Part shown: piece by piece, positions 57,101 through 60,036 of the stretch
Position numbering within the stretch: the first letter of the stretch is position 1
Layout of the letters: the number at the start of each line of letters is the position of its first letter
Assembly (NCBI GenBank): GCA_007132965.1
Contig: SLNQ01000150.1
Coordinates: 1 to 60,036 of the forward strand
DNA length: 60,036 nucleotides
Direction of reading: 5' to 3'
Source: Gemmatimonadota bacterium
Lineage (GTDB): Bacteria; Gemmatimonadota; Gemmatimonadetes; Longimicrobiales; Gaopeijiaceae
The notes under the pieces: generated by a model
Told to the model about the DNA's origin: nothing
Seen by the model: only the letters and a program-made list of their open reading frames with translations
Databases searched by the model: none
Program-made: the position numbers and the translations under genes

Positions 57101-57730
57101 ATGCGCCGATCTCCCCGTCGTCCAGGATCTCCATCTACTATCGGCATCGCCGTCGGTGCGTTCACCTGCATCTGCTTCGCAACGGCTCCGGCAGGCGCGG
57201 ACGCCCAGGCCACCTTCGAGTTGCCGGCAGCGGCTACGGCTGAATCCCTCCCGGATGCCCGTAAGGCCCCCAGTCCGGCCGAAGACCAGAGCCCAGCTGG
57301 ACCTCAGCTCCGTTGGCATCTCACCGCACTCGTGGGAAGCCGTGGACTGGGAGATGAGTCGCACCCCTTTGCCGGCCTCGAGGCTACCCTGTTGCGCGGG
57401 CGGTTCGGAGCTGCCGCCACGGGCCAGTTGGGGAGCGGAAATGACTATCGGTCGACGCTCCTGGCCGCGGGCCCCGCCCTGCACATCACCGACGTCGGCC
57501 CGGTGGCACTCTCCGGCTGGACCGGGCTCGCACGGTACACGGAGGAGCTGGATGTAGGACCTTCCCGGTCGGTCACCGGAGCCCTTCTGACCCTGACCGC
57601 TCGCCGCCCCTTCCTCGTGGGCTCCGTGAGCCTCCAGGTAGGCTGGCTGGTCGCCCGACTGGACGAACCTGATTTTGAGCAGGCCATACCGGTGAACAGC
57701 CTGCGAATCGCCGTGGGGATCGGCCGATGA
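57101..57730 (+). CDS. hypothetical secreted protein, small beta-barrel-like
   Basis: ATG at 57101 gives the signal peptide 'IGIAVGAFTCICFATAPAGADAQ'. The ORF-track start at 57053 is a TTG. The remainder has an alternating beta-strand pattern. The stop overlaps the next ATG (ATGATG). Confidence 0.5.
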   Translation: MRRSPRRPGSPSTIGIAVGAFTCICFATAPAGADAQATFELPAAATAESLPDARKAPSPAEDQSPAGPQLRWHLTALVGSRGLGDESHPFAGLEATLLRGRFGAAATGQLGSGNDYRSTLLAAGPALHITDVGPVALSGWTGLARYTEELDVGPSRSVTGALLTLTARRPFLVGSVSLQVGWLVARLDEPDFEQAIPVNSLRIAVGIGR

Positions 57731-60036
57731 TGGCCCGCAGGTCGGGCACGGGTCTCGTCCTTCTTCTCCTTCTGGGGACACTGGCCGGCTGCGGCGACGG
57801 GGATCCACTCCTCTTCGGCGAGCCGGATTCCCTGGAACCGCTCAGCTCCGAGTTCCAGGAGGGGACGGCAGGACAACGCTCCGATGAGTCTCCCAGCATC
57901 CAGGTCCTGGACCGCAGGGGAAACCCGGCTCCAGGGGTCGAGGTGGAGTGGTCCATCACCGAAGGACAGGGCCAGATCTCGGATCGAGTCACCCGATCCG
58001 ATGATTCGGGGATCGTAACCCTCGCGGAGTGGACCCTGAGCACCGCCGTCGGCGACAATGCCGTGGCCGCGTCCGTGTCGGGAGCCGGCTCGGTGGAGTT
58101 CCGGGCAGTGGCGCGACCCGGCCCGCCGGACTCGCTCCGCAATCCGGTGGGTCACCAGACCTTCGCTACCGTAGCCTCGTCCGTGAACGTGCTGCCCCGG
58201 GTCACGGTGACCGACCAGTACGGAAATGCGGTGGAGGGAGTGACCGTCACCTTTGAGGTGGTGGGAGGCGACGGAGCCGTCGAGGAACCGACCACGGTGA
58301 GCAACGCGCAGGGCCAGGCGTCCCCCGGCGACTGGATCCTGGGACCCGTGGCGGGAACCCAGTCGATGGAAGCCAGCTCGGAAGGACTCACCACTGTCCG
58401 TTTCGACGTGACGGCGCGAGCCGACGTCCCCGATTCGGTGGACGTGGTGGAGATGGTCGCCACCGAGGGACAGGTGGGGGACCCGATCCCCGGTCTGGTC
58501 GTCGAGGTCCGTGATCGTTTCGACAACCCTGTTGCCAACACGGACCTCGAGGCTCGCGTGGTGACCGGCGGCGGCCAGGTCATCCCACCGGAGCCGACCA
58601 CCGACGAGGCCGGCCGTGCGACGCTGGACTGGGTCCTTGGCCCCACAGCCGGAACCCAGCGACTGGAGCTCTACGCCGACGATGCCCGGCACGCCGTGCT
58701 GGAGGTCGAAGCCGCGGCCGGAGATCCCGCCAAGCTGGTGGCGGTGGAGGGACAGGGACAGATCGCCCCCGCCTCCCAGGACGTGCCGGAGCCGCCGGCA
58801 GTGCGGGTCACCGATGAGTTCGGCAATCCCCTGGAAGGTCTCGACGTGACCTTCCAGGTGGTGGAGGGAGGAGGGAGCGTGGCCGGATCCCCGGCCCGCT
58901 CCGATGCCGAGGGAATCGCCGGCCTCCAGCGTTGGACCCTCGGACCGGAGGCCGGGGACCACCGGGTGGAAGCCAACCTGGCTGGAGTGGCCTCCGTCAC
59001 CTTCCACGCCGAAGCCACCGAAGCCGTGGTTCGAGTCCTCCAGGTCGTGCAGGGCCAGGATCAGCAGGGCGCTGCCGGCTTCCCCGTCAGCGAACCTCCC
59101 GGTGTCAGGTTGGTGGACGAGGACGGCACACCGGTCTCCGGCGAGACCGTCTCCTTTACGGTGGCGGAGGGCAACGGCTCGGTGACCCCCGACGAGGTGT
59201 TCACCGACAGCCAGGGGCTGGCGATCACCCAAGAGTGGGTGATGGGACCGTCACCGGGATGGAACCGCGTCCTCATCGAAGCCCAGGGGGCTCCCTCCCG
59301 AACCGTCTCGGCATTCGCAGAAGAAGGATTCCAGATCGAGGTTGTGGATGCCCAGGTGAATCAGGGAAGCCAGACCTTCCCTGCCAGCCTCCCGTTGCTT
59401 GAGGGCCGGGGAGGGCTGGCTCGTATCTTCCTGCAGGCAAACCAGGCGAACGACATCGCGCCCCGAATCCGGGTCGAGTTCTTCCACGGGAGCGGTGCGG
59501 TGTACTCCCAGGTGGTGGAGCCTCCCGCGAGCGCCACACCCACGAGCATCGATCCGGATGACCCCGCGGCATCGTGGAACCTGACCGTCCCACCAGAGTT
59601 GGTGGGCCAGGACTTCGGCCTCCGCGTGCACATCGACGAGGAGGAAGACGTCACGGTGGTGGATCGGCACCTCCTGACCTGGCCCATCGATGGAAGCATC
59701 CATCGGCCGGCCACGCTGACTACAGCTCCCTTCCGCTCCACCTTCGTCGCAATCGAGAGCACCTCCCTGGGCACCCTGGCCGACCTGAACCCGGGTAATC
59801 TCGACGACTACATGTCCACCACGCTGGACCTCTTCCCCATTGGAGACCACGACGCCATCATCCGCCCCGACACCTTCGTCAGCGACGCATCTCCCCTCTC
59901 CGGGGAGGACCAGGGCGACGGCTGGCGTGACCTGCTCCAGGAGATCTACGCGCTCCGAATGGCCGATGGGAGCGATGATCCCTCAGCCCTCGAACGCTAC
60001 TATCATGGGATCCTGCAGCGACAGAGCGGCCCGGGC
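57727..60036 (+). CDS. lipoprotein with five tandem bacterial Ig-like repeats and an unassigned C-terminal domain, 3' end cut by the window
   Basis: Absent from the ORF track because it has no stop in the window. My hand translation from ATG 57727 is open for 770 codons to 60036. Lipobox 'LLLGTLAGC'. Five ~95-aa units follow the pattern 'V.V.D..GNP..G..V.F.V..G.G.....D..G.A...W.LG...G', then about 270 aa of non-repeat sequence. Confidence 0.75.
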   Translation, partial: MMARRSGTGLVLLLLLGTLAGCGDGDPLLFGEPDSLEPLSSEFQEGTAGQRSDESPSIQVLDRRGNPAPGVEVEWSITEGQGQISDRVTRSDDSGIVTLAEWTLSTAVGDNAVAASVSGAGSVEFRAVARPGPPDSLRNPVGHQTFATVASSVNVLPRVTVTDQYGNAVEGVTVTFEVVGGDGAVEEPTTVSNAQGQASPGDWILGPVAGTQSMEASSEGLTTVRFDVTARADVPDSVDVVEMVATEGQVGDPIPGLVVEVRDRFDNPVANTDLEARVVTGGGQVIPPEPTTDEAGRATLDWVLGPTAGTQRLELYADDARHAVLEVEAAAGDPAKLVAVEGQGQIAPASQDVPEPPAVRVTDEFGNPLEGLDVTFQVVEGGGSVAGSPARSDAEGIAGLQRWTLGPEAGDHRVEANLAGVASVTFHAEATEAVVRVLQVVQGQDQQGAAGFPVSEPPGVRLVDEDGTPVSGETVSFTVAEGNGSVTPDEVFTDSQGLAITQEWVMGPSPGWNRVLIEAQGAPSRTVSAFAEEGFQIEVVDAQVNQGSQTFPASLPLLEGRGGLARIFLQANQANDIAPRIRVEFFHGSGAVYSQVVEPPASATPTSIDPDDPAASWNLTVPPELVGQDFGLRVHIDEEEDVTVVDRHLLTWPIDGSIHRPATLTTAPFRSTFVAIESTSLGTLADLNPGNLDDYMSTTLDLFPIGDHDAIIRPDTFVSDASPLSGEDQGDGWRDLLQEIYALRMADGSDDPSALERYYHGILQRQSGPG

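Noticed and set aside
57445-59232. 595-aa minus-strand ORF over the last 2.5 kb.
   Set aside because: The plus frame starting at 57727 gives a lipobox and five regular Ig-like repeats. The minus product has no periodicity or motif and is the antisense shadow.

Overview
This is a very GC-rich, densely packed bacterial chromosomal segment. I support 51 CDS, 47 of them on the minus strand, and almost all are housekeeping or envelope genes of a diderm bacterium. Recognisable genes and blocks:
- lnt and hemL
- a fused E1 alpha/beta 2-oxoacid dehydrogenase
- a MacAB-type efflux trio
- rimO and a lolA-like gene
- a Moco module: fdhD, a mobA-mobB fusion and moeA
- ftsK
- the aroQ-efp-accB-accC block, with a comB-like gene attached
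- a ppiD-like chaperone
- tatA and tatC, which are not adjacent
- a polyprenyl synthase and lptD
- nrdR
- a complete tolQ-tolR-tolA-tolB-pal-ybgF cluster
- hemA, a ccsA-family gene and hemB
- rimI, tsaB, tsaE, uvrB, rel/spoT and radC

Two real genes run off the window and are missing from the ORF track. They are lnt at 1..1446 (-) and a lipoprotein with five Ig-like repeats at 57727..60036 (+).

Many of the longest ORFs in the track are antisense or out-of-frame artefacts of the high GC content. Several true genes also carry spurious N-terminal extensions there, and I trimmed these to internal starts that have Shine-Dalgarno support.

I see no rRNA, tRNA, CRISPR array, transposase, integrase, phage gene or recognisable defence or toxin module. 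I therefore do not find a convincing self-contained novel system, and the window looks like conserved core genome.

The features most worth a second look are:
- the terminal pair of a small beta-barrel-like gene and the five-Ig lipoprotein
- the FN3 lipoprotein and acidic TPR protein directly downstream of lptD
- a 389-bp structured, lower-GC spacer that splits tolB from pal
- a 99-aa ORF coupled to a DUF2007-SDR fusion at the end of the Moco operon
- a set of short perfect or near-perfect tandem repeats and palindromes confined to intergenic spacers

All product calls rest on motif recognition by eye. No database search or computation was possible.
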